Shown here: positions 29,116-36,977 of the stretch, piece after piece
How positions within the stretch are numbered: the stretch's first letter is position 1
Layout: every line of letters begins with the position of its first letter
Assembly (NCBI GenBank): GCA_964528845.1
Contig: CAZGVE010000018.1
Location: forward strand, 1,052-65,051
Origin: an uncultured Steroidobacteraceae bacterium
GTDB lineage: Bacteria; Pseudomonadota; Gammaproteobacteria; Steroidobacterales; Steroidobacteraceae
Length of the DNA: 64,000 nucleotides
Direction of reading: 5' to 3'
Notes under the pieces: model-generated
What the model saw: only the letters and a program-made list of their open reading frames with translations
The model's database searches: none
What the model was told of the DNA's origin: nothing
Program-made: the position numbers and the translations under genes

Positions 29116-29181
29116 TGCAGCATCTCCTCAGATCGGTTGGTGGTGGAACGGGCGTAGTAGCGCCGCCCCGTTGCACCTGAT

Positions 29182-29208
29182 TCTTTGGGTGTCCCGCCAG
29201 GATTCAAG
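29182..29208 (-). promoter_or_regulatory. Candidate sigma32 (heat-shock) promoter of the hsp20 gene
   Basis: The minus strand reads CTTGAAT-N12-CCCAAAGA, compared with consensus CTTGAAA-N13-14-CCCCATNT. It lies about 67 nt upstream of the ATG. Confidence 0.45.
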
Positions 29209-29478
29209 GGATACCGGTGTCAAGATTTTTCGATCCCGGCTGTGCATAGGCTGTGCGCGGCCTGTGGGTTCCCGGTGGGTCGCGGGTGGATACAAGATGT
29301 TGGGGTGCGTCACAACGCGGACCATTCGCTCAGAACGCCCTCAGGCGGAAATTTTTGCTTCGACCAGCACGGGCGGATATTTCATAACTTCATGAAATAA
29401 TAGAATTAAATTCCCAGAAAATCATATTTCATAATCTTGACCGTGGCCATTCGGCTTGATTAGTCTCCGCATCTTCGG

Positions 29479-29495
29479 ACAACTAGATATTGTGT
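29479..29495 (+). promoter_or_regulatory. Candidate NrdR box upstream of nrdJ
   Basis: ACAACTAGATATTGTGT is an imperfect palindrome resembling the NrdR operator consensus acaCwAtATaTwGtgt (right half exact). It lies 58 nt upstream of the nrdJ ATG. No second tandem box was seen. Confidence 0.4.
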
Positions 29496-29552
29496 TTGCC
29501 GGACGCAGGCCCGGCGTGCGAAGTTGATCGGGACAGGGGAGTTGCCATTACC

Positions 29553-31700
29553 ATGAATTCCGTCGTGAAGCTTGCCGCCAGAGACGTGGATTCGATTCCG
29601 TTCCAGGAAGCTTCGCTCGATATCTGGGACAAGAAGTATCGACTCACCTCCAAGAGCGGCGAGCCGATCGATCGCTCGATGGACGATACGTACCAGCGCG
29701 TGGCGCGTGCGCTGGCCGATGTCGAGCACGAGAGCGCGCGCCAGTCCTGGTACGAGCGCTTCCTGTGGGCGCTGCGCCGCGGCGCGATTCCTGCCGGGCG
29801 CGTGACCTCGAATGCGGGCGCGTGGGAACACAAGCCGGCGACTTCAACGATCAACTGCACCGTCTCGGGCACCATCCGCGATTCGATGGACGACATCCTC
29901 GGCAAGGTGCACGAGGCCGGGCTCACGCTGAAGGCCGGGTGCGGCATCGGCTATGAGTTCTCGACGCTGCGGCCCCGCGGCGCCTACGTGTCGGGCGCCG
30001 GTGCCTATACCTCCGGTCCGCTCTCGTTCATGGATATCTACGACAAGATGTGCTTCACCGTGTCCTCGGCCGGTGGCCGGCGCGGCGCGCAGATGGGCAC
30101 CTTTGATGTCGGGCATCCGGATGCGATGGACTTCGTGCGCGCCAAGCGCGAGAACGGCCGGCTGCGCCAGTTCAACCTGTCGCTGCTGGTCACCGATGAG
30201 TTCATGCAGGCGGTGCGCGAGGACCGCGAGTGGAAGCTCGCCTTCCCGGTCAATCGCAGCGAGTACGCCGGCGAGCTGCCCGAGTTGAACGATCCGCAGC
30301 AGTTCGTGTGGCGCGAGTGGCCGGTGCACGATGGCTACATCGTCAGCGAGGAAGGGCTGGTCGCCTGCCGCGTCTACAAGACCGTGCCGGCGCGGCGCAT
30401 GTGGGACGTGATCATGTCCTCGACCTATGATTTCGCCGAACCGGGCTTCATCCTGATCGACCGGGTCAACGAGATGAACAACAATTGGTGGTGCGAGAAC
30501 ATCCGCGCCACCAATCCGTGCGGCGAGCAGCCGCTGCCGCCGTACGGCTCGTGCCTGCTCGGCTCGGTCAATCTCACGCGTTTCGTGCGCGAGCCGTTCA
30601 CCGACCACGCCCATTTCGACTGGGACGAGTATCGCGAGGTGGTGCGCGTGTTCACCCGCATGCTCGACAACGTGGTCGAGGTCAACGGCCTGCCGCTGGC
30701 CCCGCAGCGCGACGAGATCATCCGCAAGCGACGCCACGGCATGGGCTTCCTCGGTCTCGGTTCGACCACGACGTTGCTCGGCCTGAAGTACGGCTCGGAG
30801 GAATCGGTACGATTCACCGAGGAGGTTTCGCGCGAGATGGCGGTCGCCGGCTGGGAGGCCGCGCTCGAGCTGGCACGCGAGAAAGGTCCGGCGCCGATCA
30901 TGAACGAGGAGTTCGTGGTGACCCGGGAGATGCTGCGCAAGCGGCCGGAGATGGTGCGGGATGGCTGGAAGCCCGGGGCGAAGATCCCCGGACGCCTGCT
31001 GCACGCGCGCTACAGCCGGTATATGCAGCGCATCGCGGACGTCGCCCCACAGCTGGTCGAGCAGCTCGCCCAGGTCGGCGCGCGCTTCACGCACCACACG
31101 TCGATCGCACCGACCGGCACGATCTCGCTGTCGCTGGCGAACAACGCCAGCAACGGGATCGAGCCGACGTTCGCGCATCATTACTTCCGCAACGTGATCC
31201 GCTCCGGCCGCAAGACCAAGGAGAAGATCGACGTGTTCTCCTTCGAGCTGCTGGCCTACCGCGAGCTCGTGAATCCGCGGGCGCTGCCGGGAGCGACGTC
31301 CGAGGCCGAGGCGCTGCCGCAGTACTTCACGGCGGCCGACGAGGTCACGCCGCGCCAGCACGTGGACATCCAGGCCGCGGCGCAGAAATGGGTGGACTCC
31401 TCGATCTCCAAGACCGCCAATGTGCCGACCAATTTCCCCTATGAGGATTTCAAGGGGATCTACCAGTACGCGCACGAGTGCGGACTGAAGGGCTGCACGA
31501 CCTTCCGCTTCAACCCGGAGGCGTTCCAGGGCGTGCTGGTCAAGGAGGAGGACCTGCGCAACACGACCTACGTGTTCACGCTCGAGGACGGCAGCGAGAT
31601 CCAGGCGCGCGGCGATGAGGAGATCGAGTACGACGGCGAGAAGCACAGCGCGGCGAACCTGTTCGACGCCCTCAAAGAAGGCTACTACGGGAAGTTCTGA
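29553..31700 (+). CDS. nrdJ: Class II (adenosylcobalamin-dependent) ribonucleotide reductase, large N-terminal part (NrdJa)
   Basis: 715 aa from ATG 29553, preceded by a GGGGAG Shine-Dalgarno sequence. RNR catalytic motifs are present (NCTVSG...; ATNPCGEQPLPPYGSCLLGSVNL; SISKTANVP). A second ORF in a different frame follows directly. Confidence 0.92.
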   Translation: MNSVVKLAARDVDSIPFQEASLDIWDKKYRLTSKSGEPIDRSMDDTYQRVARALADVEHESARQSWYERFLWALRRGAIPAGRVTSNAGAWEHKPATSTINCTVSGTIRDSMDDILGKVHEAGLTLKAGCGIGYEFSTLRPRGAYVSGAGAYTSGPLSFMDIYDKMCFTVSSAGGRRGAQMGTFDVGHPDAMDFVRAKRENGRLRQFNLSLLVTDEFMQAVREDREWKLAFPVNRSEYAGELPELNDPQQFVWREWPVHDGYIVSEEGLVACRVYKTVPARRMWDVIMSSTYDFAEPGFILIDRVNEMNNNWWCENIRATNPCGEQPLPPYGSCLLGSVNLTRFVREPFTDHAHFDWDEYREVVRVFTRMLDNVVEVNGLPLAPQRDEIIRKRRHGMGFLGLGSTTTLLGLKYGSEESVRFTEEVSREMAVAGWEAALELAREKGPAPIMNEEFVVTREMLRKRPEMVRDGWKPGAKIPGRLLHARYSRYMQRIADVAPQLVEQLAQVGARFTHHTSIAPTGTISLSLANNASNGIEPTFAHHYFRNVIRSGRKTKEKIDVFSFELLAYRELVNPRALPGATSEAEALPQYFTAADEVTPRQHVDIQAAAQKWVDSSISKTANVPTNFPYEDFKGIYQYAHECGLKGCTTFRFNPEAFQGVLVKEEDLRNTTYVFTLEDGSEIQARGDEEIEYDGEKHSAANLFDALKEGYYGKF

Positions 31701-31702
31701 GC

Positions 31703-32422
31703 ATGAGCACCAGGATCGAAAAGCGCATCGTGAAGTACCGGGTCCAGAAGCCGGAGGAACTGCCGGGTCACAAGCCGGCCGCCCCCGTGGAGGAACTCGC
31801 GCACAGCCGCGACGGCCGGACCGCCAAGGTCATCCGCATGCACGAGGAGATCCAGCGCCCGGAGGTGCTGATCGGCTCGACCTACAAAATCAAGACCCCG
31901 GTCTCGGATCATGCGATGTACGTCACGATCAACGACATCGTGCTCAACGAGGGTACCGAGTACGAGCAGCGCCGTCCGTTCGAGGTCTTCATCAATTCCA
32001 AGAACCTGGATCACTTCCAGTGGATCGTCGCGCTCACCCGGATCATCTCGGCCGTATTCCGCAAGGGCGGCGACGTGGCTTTCCTGGTCGATGAGCTCAA
32101 GGCGGTGTTCGATCCGCGCGGCGGGTACTGGCAGCCGGGCGGCAAGTTCATGCCTTCGATCATCGCCGAGCTCGGCCATGTGATTGAGAAGCATTTGCAG
32201 ACCATCGGTCTGATGCGCAAGCCCGAACTGGATGCGCATCAGAAGAAGCTGGTCGAAGAGAAGCGCGCCGAATTCGAGGCGCGGGCCAAGCAGCAGGACG
32301 CGTTTGCGCGGTCACATTTCCCGGAGGGCGCTCAGCTGTGCACCAAGTGCAGTACCGCGGCCGTCGTGATGATGGACGGCTGCATGACCTGTCTGAACTG
32401 CGGTGAATCCAAGTGCGGTTGA
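31703..32422 (+). CDS. nrdJb: Class II ribonucleotide reductase C-terminal part (NrdJb) with Cys-rich tail
   Basis: Starts 3 nt after the nrdJa stop. TSCPD-like region (INSKNLDHFQWIVALTRIISAVFRKGGD) and a C-terminal CxxC...CxxC tail (CTKCSTAAVVMMDGCMTCLNCGESKCG). Same split arrangement as described for Pseudomonas aeruginosa nrdJab. Confidence 0.85.
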   Translation: MSTRIEKRIVKYRVQKPEELPGHKPAAPVEELAHSRDGRTAKVIRMHEEIQRPEVLIGSTYKIKTPVSDHAMYVTINDIVLNEGTEYEQRRPFEVFINSKNLDHFQWIVALTRIISAVFRKGGDVAFLVDELKAVFDPRGGYWQPGGKFMPSIIAELGHVIEKHLQTIGLMRKPELDAHQKKLVEEKRAEFEARAKQQDAFARSHFPEGAQLCTKCSTAAVVMMDGCMTCLNCGESKCG

Positions 32423-32445
32423 TTTGACGCACTGGCAAGGGCTGA

Positions 32446-32486
32446 CAGCGGCCTCCGGGTGACCCCCGGCGGCCGCTGCCGTTTTC
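32446..32486 (+). terminator. Rho-independent terminator after nrdJb
   Basis: CAGCGGCCTCCGGG-TGAC-CCCCGGCGGCCGCTG stem-loop followed by CCGTTTTCC. Confidence 0.75.
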
Positions 32487-32544
32487 CAAAACCATGACGT
32501 TGGCGGCAGAATAAGCGCACCTGCGCATGTAATGTCTGCCGCCC

Positions 32545-34554
32545 ATGAAATCCCTCGCACTGCTGCTGCTTGCCCTGGTCCTCGTTCCGTTCGCCGCCGC
32601 GGCCGATACCGCACTGCCGCGGCCGGCCGAGCTCGAGCCCGACGTCCAGTTCTGGATCCGCGTCTACAGCGAGATCTCGACCAACGAGGGGTTCATCCAC
32701 GACCAGCATCGACTCTCGGTCGTGTACGACACGCTGCATTTCGGTGCGGACCTGTCGCAACGCGAGCGCGAACGGCAGGTCGACGCCGCGCGGCAGCACT
32801 ACCAGGACATCCTCCGGCGGCTGGCCGGCGGCACGGCGCCGACCGATCCGGACTCGCTGCGCGTGCGCGCGCTCTGGGGGCCGGACACGAGCCCGGCGAC
32901 GTTCGCGCTGGCAGCGGATGACGTTCGATTCCAGCTCGGCCAGTCCGATCGGTTTCGCGCCGGCCTGGTACGCGCGGGCGCCTGGGAGACCCACATCGCG
33001 GAAGTGCTTGCGAACCTCGGCCTGCCCTCCGAGATCGCGGCCTTGCCGCACGTCGAATCCTCGTTCGATCCGAGCGCCTATTCGAAGGTCGGGGCGGCCG
33101 GTTTGTGGCAGTTCATCCGTTCGACCGGGCGGCGCTTCCTGCGCATCGACGGCACCGTCGACGAACGTCTCGACCCGTTCCGCGAAACCGAGGCCGCCGC
33201 GCAGCTGCTGAGCTACAACTATCGCCTGCTCGGCAGCTGGCCGCTCGCGATCACGGCCTACAATCACGGCGCGGAAGGCATGCGTCGCGCACGCGAACAG
33301 CTCGGCACCGATGACATCGTGCGCATCGTGCGCGACTACCACAGCCCGAGCTTCGGCTTCGCGTCGCGGAACTTCTACGTATCGTTCCTGGCGGCCCTGA
33401 GCATCGCACGCGAGCCGGATCACTATTTCGGCGGCTTCGAGCGCAGCCCCGAGACTGCGTTCCACGAAGTGAAGATGCCGCAATCGAGCGGTGCCACGGC
33501 GCTGGCGCGTGCGCTCGGACTGGACCGCGACACGCTCAAGTCGCTCAATCCGGCACTGCGGCCGCCGGTGTGGAGCGGGCAGCGTCCGATCCCGGCCGGG
33601 TACGTGCTGCGCCTGCCCGTGACGGCCGCGCGCTGGAGCCCGGACCTCCTGGCCTCGCGCCTGCGCGGCGCGCCAACCGCGGAAACGCTGGCCGCCAGCG
33701 CCCGAACCGCCCCGTCGACTGCCGTCGCTTCCGCGCGGGCCGTGCCGGTTGCCGCCACGCTGGCGGTGACACCAGAGGCACCGGGTCCGGGGACCGGAGC
33801 GCCCGGCTCACAGTTCTACATCGTGCAGGGCGGGGACAGCGTCGCCTCGATCGCGGCCACCACCGGTGTCGCAGCCGGTACGCTGATGGCTCTCAATTCC
33901 CTGCGCGGCCCCGACTATCTGTACGAGGGACAGCCCCTGCGCCTGATTGGCGATGCACCCGGACCGGATCCGTTTGGCGCTACGGCGCTCGAGCCCCGCG
34001 AGGACGGCGAAGGCCAGGCAGCCGCGCGCCCGACGGTCGCGTTCGCGCCGGCATCGCCGCTGCCGGTTCCGGCCGAGATTGCGCCGCCGCCCGCGGCCGC
34101 CGCCAGTCCGGATCCGGCCGATCCGGTCGACTATTCGGTGGCAGCGGACGGCAGTATCCGCGTGGTCGCGGCCGAGACGCTCGGGCACTACGCGGACTGG
34201 CTGGATCTGCCGGTGGCCCGCCTGCGCGCGCTGAATCACCTGCAGGGGCGCACGCCGGTGCTGCTTGGCCGGCGCCTGCGGCTGGAGTTCGACGGCGTTC
34301 CGCCAGCGCAGTTCGAGCAGCGCCGGCGTGACTACCACGCCCGGCTGCAGGCCGCCTATTTCGCCGCCCATCGCATCGCCGGCACGCAGGTCTATATCGT
34401 GCGCCGCGGGGATTCGCTGTGGAGCATCACCCAGCGCGACGAGACGCTCCCGGTATGGCTCCTGCAGCAGTACAACCCGGACCTGGATTTCAACGACCTG
34501 CATCCCGGGACCCAGCTCGCGCTGCCGCAGGTCGAAGAGAACTCCAGTCCGTGA
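32545..34554 (+). CDS. mltD: Membrane-bound lytic murein transglycosylase D-like protein with LysM repeats
   Basis: Signal peptide, SLT catalytic region (LPHVESSFDPSAYSKVGAAGLWQFIRSTG) and C-terminal LysM-like modules (YIVQGGDSVASIAATTGV...; YIVRRGDSLWSITQRD...). Confidence 0.88.
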   Translation: MKSLALLLLALVLVPFAAAADTALPRPAELEPDVQFWIRVYSEISTNEGFIHDQHRLSVVYDTLHFGADLSQRERERQVDAARQHYQDILRRLAGGTAPTDPDSLRVRALWGPDTSPATFALAADDVRFQLGQSDRFRAGLVRAGAWETHIAEVLANLGLPSEIAALPHVESSFDPSAYSKVGAAGLWQFIRSTGRRFLRIDGTVDERLDPFRETEAAAQLLSYNYRLLGSWPLAITAYNHGAEGMRRAREQLGTDDIVRIVRDYHSPSFGFASRNFYVSFLAALSIAREPDHYFGGFERSPETAFHEVKMPQSSGATALARALGLDRDTLKSLNPALRPPVWSGQRPIPAGYVLRLPVTAARWSPDLLASRLRGAPTAETLAASARTAPSTAVASARAVPVAATLAVTPEAPGPGTGAPGSQFYIVQGGDSVASIAATTGVAAGTLMALNSLRGPDYLYEGQPLRLIGDAPGPDPFGATALEPREDGEGQAAARPTVAFAPASPLPVPAEIAPPPAAAASPDPADPVDYSVAADGSIRVVAAETLGHYADWLDLPVARLRALNHLQGRTPVLLGRRLRLEFDGVPPAQFEQRRRDYHARLQAAYFAAHRIAGTQVYIVRRGDSLWSITQRDETLPVWLLQQYNPDLDFNDLHPGTQLALPQVEENSSP

Positions 34555-34601
34555 AACGCACGCTGCCCGCCGCCATCCCGCGTGCCTATAATTCCGACGG
34601 T

Positions 34602-35171
34602 ATGCGACGTGCCACGCTGCTGACAATTTCCCTGGTGCTCACGCTGCTGGGATCCGCCTCTGCCCGGGTGTACGCCGATGCGCCGGGCGACACGCAGCCG
34701 GCCGCGCGGGCCGAGCCAGTGTCCCTGACCCTGTCCGCGCCGGTCCCCGTCGCCGATGAGGTCATCGTGCGCAAGTCCGAGCGGCGGCTGTACCTGCTGC
34801 GCCATGGCGAAGTGTTTCGCAGTTATCACGTTGCGCTCGGGCTCAGCCCCAATGGGCCAAAGGAGCGTGCGGGAGATTTCCGCACGCCCGAGGGTCGCTA
34901 CCAGCTCACGCGACGCAATGCGCGCAGCGACTACTTCCTGTCGATCCAGGTGTCCTATCCCAACGAGGATGACCTGCGCCGCGCCCGGATGGCGCGCGCG
35001 GACCCGGGCGGAGCGATCATGCTGCATGGGCTGCCGAACGCCCCGCGCCATCCGCTCGACTTCTATGCCCGCGCGGACTGGACCGACGGCTGCATCGCCA
35101 TGTCCGACGCGGACATGGTCGAGGTGTGGCTGATGACCCAGGACAATATCCCGATCGAAATACTGCCTTGA
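34602..35171 (+). CDS. L,D-transpeptidase (YkuD) family protein
   Basis: Signal peptide (MRRATLLTISLVLTLLGSASARVYA) and a YkuD catalytic signature (IMLHGLPN...WTDGCIAMSDADMVEVW). Confidence 0.85.
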   Translation: MRRATLLTISLVLTLLGSASARVYADAPGDTQPAARAEPVSLTLSAPVPVADEVIVRKSERRLYLLRHGEVFRSYHVALGLSPNGPKERAGDFRTPEGRYQLTRRNARSDYFLSIQVSYPNEDDLRRARMARADPGGAIMLHGLPNAPRHPLDFYARADWTDGCIAMSDADMVEVWLMTQDNIPIEILP

Positions 35172-36568
35172 CGAGCGTTGCGCCCAACACCAGCGTCATC
35201 GTCGCCGACGCGGTGGACGCGCGCGTGGCCCCGCGCGGCAGCCTGGAGAACCTGTCCCAGGGCGAGATCGACAAGCTACTCGACACCAGCCAGACGGGCC
35301 TGTATCGGCTGTTCCGCAATTGCGCGCTCGCGGTGCTCAATGCGGGCAGCCATGATGACAATGCCAAGACGATCTTCGAGCGCTACCGCAATTTCGACGT
35401 GCAGATCGTGCGGCATGCCTGGGGTATCAAGCTCGAGATCACCAACGCCCCGGCGAGCGCTTTCGTCGACGGCGAGATGATCCGCGGCATCAAGGAGCAC
35501 CTGTTCGCGGTGCTGCGGGATGTCATCTACACCTCCAACGAGATCATGGGTGCCGGCCGGCTCGACGGCGGCGACGGCGCCTCGATCACCAACGCGGTAT
35601 TCCTGATCCTGCGCAATGCGCGCGTGCTCGATTTCAAGTCTCGACCCAACCTGGTGGTCTGCTGGGGCGGACACTCGATCGGGGAGCAGGAGTATGAGTA
35701 CGCCAAGCGGGTCGGGTATGAACTCGGGCTGCGGGGGCTCGACGTCTGCACCGGCTGCGGTCCGGGTGCGATGAAGGGACCGATGAAGGGCGCCGGGGTC
35801 GGACACGCCAAGCAGCGCATCACGCACGGCCGGTTCATCGGCATCACCGAGCCCGGGATCATCGCCGCCGAGCCGCCGAACGCAATCGTGAACCAGCTGG
35901 TGATCATGCCCGACATCGAGAAGCGGCTGGAGGCGTTCCTGCGCCTGTCGCACGGCATCGTCGTGTTTCCGGGCGGTGCCGGGACCGCCGAGGAGATCCT
36001 GTACCTGCTCGGCGTGCTGCTCGACCCCGCCAATGCCCGGCAGCCGCTGCCGGTCGTGCTGACCGGACCGGCGGCGAGCGCCGGCTACTTCGAGCAGATC
36101 GTACAGTTCATCGAGGCTACCCTGGGCGCCGCCGCGCTCACGCGCCTGAAAGTCATCGTCGACGATCCGGCTGCCGTTGCACGCCACCTGGTGTCCGGCA
36201 TCGAACAGGTACGCGCGTTCCGGCGCGATCACAGTGATTCCTACAGCTTCAACTGGCTGCTGCGCGTGCCCTACGAGCTGCAGCTGCCATTCGAAGTCAC
36301 GCACGAGGCGATGCGTGCACTGCAGCTGCACCGCGACCAGCCGGTGCACCAGCTGGCCTCCAACCTGCGGCGAGCGTTCTCAGGGATAGTGACCGGCAAC
36401 GTCAAGGAACATGGCATTGCCGCGATCGAGCGCGAGGGTCCGTACGAATTGTCCGGTGATCCCGAGCTGATGCGTCTGCTCGACGGACTGCTGTCGGCGT
36501 TCGTGGCGCAGCGTCGCATGAAGCTTCCGGGCAGCGCGTACCGGCCGTGCTATCGCCTGGTCGCCTGA
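35168..36568 (+). CDS. ppnN: Nucleotide 5'-monophosphate nucleosidase PpnN (YgdH, LOG family)
   Basis: Collinear similarity to E. coli PpnN along its whole length (LFRNCALAVLN; VVCWGGHSIGEQEYEYAKRVG; CTGCGPGAMKGPMKGA; IIAAEPPNAIVNQLVIMPDIEKRLEAF; PGGAGTAEE; RRAFSGIVTGNVKE; MKLPGSAYRPCY). The start is uncertain: TTG 35168, or GTG at about 35212 as suggested by the alignment. Confidence 0.92.
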   Translation: MTSVAPNTSVIVADAVDARVAPRGSLENLSQGEIDKLLDTSQTGLYRLFRNCALAVLNAGSHDDNAKTIFERYRNFDVQIVRHAWGIKLEITNAPASAFVDGEMIRGIKEHLFAVLRDVIYTSNEIMGAGRLDGGDGASITNAVFLILRNARVLDFKSRPNLVVCWGGHSIGEQEYEYAKRVGYELGLRGLDVCTGCGPGAMKGPMKGAGVGHAKQRITHGRFIGITEPGIIAAEPPNAIVNQLVIMPDIEKRLEAFLRLSHGIVVFPGGAGTAEEILYLLGVLLDPANARQPLPVVLTGPAASAGYFEQIVQFIEATLGAAALTRLKVIVDDPAAVARHLVSGIEQVRAFRRDHSDSYSFNWLLRVPYELQLPFEVTHEAMRALQLHRDQPVHQLASNLRRAFSGIVTGNVKEHGIAAIEREGPYELSGDPELMRLLDGLLSAFVAQRRMKLPGSAYRPCYRLVA

Positions 36569-36724
36569 AGCCACGCATTATTGGCGCGCGCCAGCTCTCG
36601 GTTTTCGCACGCCGGCCCATGCGTCGTTCACGGGTTGCCGCAGCCGCGCAGAGCGTGTGACCCAGTTCCTGTCGAGGCCCGCCGCGCGCACTCTAAGGTG
36701 CGGCTCCAGAGGTCAACGCAATCT

Positions 36725-36952
36725 ATGAGCAAACCCGAAGTGCCGAACGCCGTGACAGCGGACGATACGCTGGCGCGCAAACTGGCGACGCAGAGCGGCG
36801 CCGAAGCCTACGCGCGCTGGCTCGAGCAGATGCAGCGTTCGCGCACGCGCCACGCCGCGATCACGCGCAATCTGTACACCTGGTCGAACTACAAGAGCTG
36901 GGCCGAGAAGATGCGCAACGACTGGAACGAGGACGACGAGGCGAAGCGCTGA
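36725..36952 (+). CDS. Small hypothetical protein (75 aa, charged, Trp-rich C-terminal half)
   Basis: Strong GC3 bias across the ORF (MSKPEVPNAVTADDTLARKLATQSGAEAYARWLEQMQRSRTRHAAITRNLYTWSNYKSWAEKMRNDWNEDDEAKR). No recognisable domain and a weak Shine-Dalgarno sequence. Confidence 0.5.
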   Translation: MSKPEVPNAVTADDTLARKLATQSGAEAYARWLEQMQRSRTRHAAITRNLYTWSNYKSWAEKMRNDWNEDDEAKR

Positions 36953-36977
36953 CGCTGCGCCGGTACTGCGGCCGCGG

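Noticed and set aside
29116-29176. ROSE-type RNA thermometer in the hsp20 5' UTR.
   Set aside because: A bulged hairpin exists, but it does not pair with the GAGGAG Shine-Dalgarno sequence, and the characteristic U(U/C)GCU anti-SD stretch is absent. It is reported only as a generic leader hairpin.
29116-29552. Cobalamin riboswitch or sRNA in the long hsp20-nrdJ spacer, including a weak CGCC-CTCA-GGCG hairpin plus T-run near 29338-29357 and the track ORFs 29171-29395 and 29185-29400.
   Set aside because: No B12-box-like core sequence was found. The hairpin stem is only 4 bp. The ORFs lack GC3 bias and recognisable motifs. Only the AT-rich repeats and the NrdR-like box were retained.
36586-36612. 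GC palindrome GGCGCGCGCC followed by CTCTCGGTTTTCG after ppnN, as a possible terminator.
   Set aside because: The palindrome can form only a 3-4 bp stem once a loop is allowed, and the T-run is short. It is too weak to annotate.
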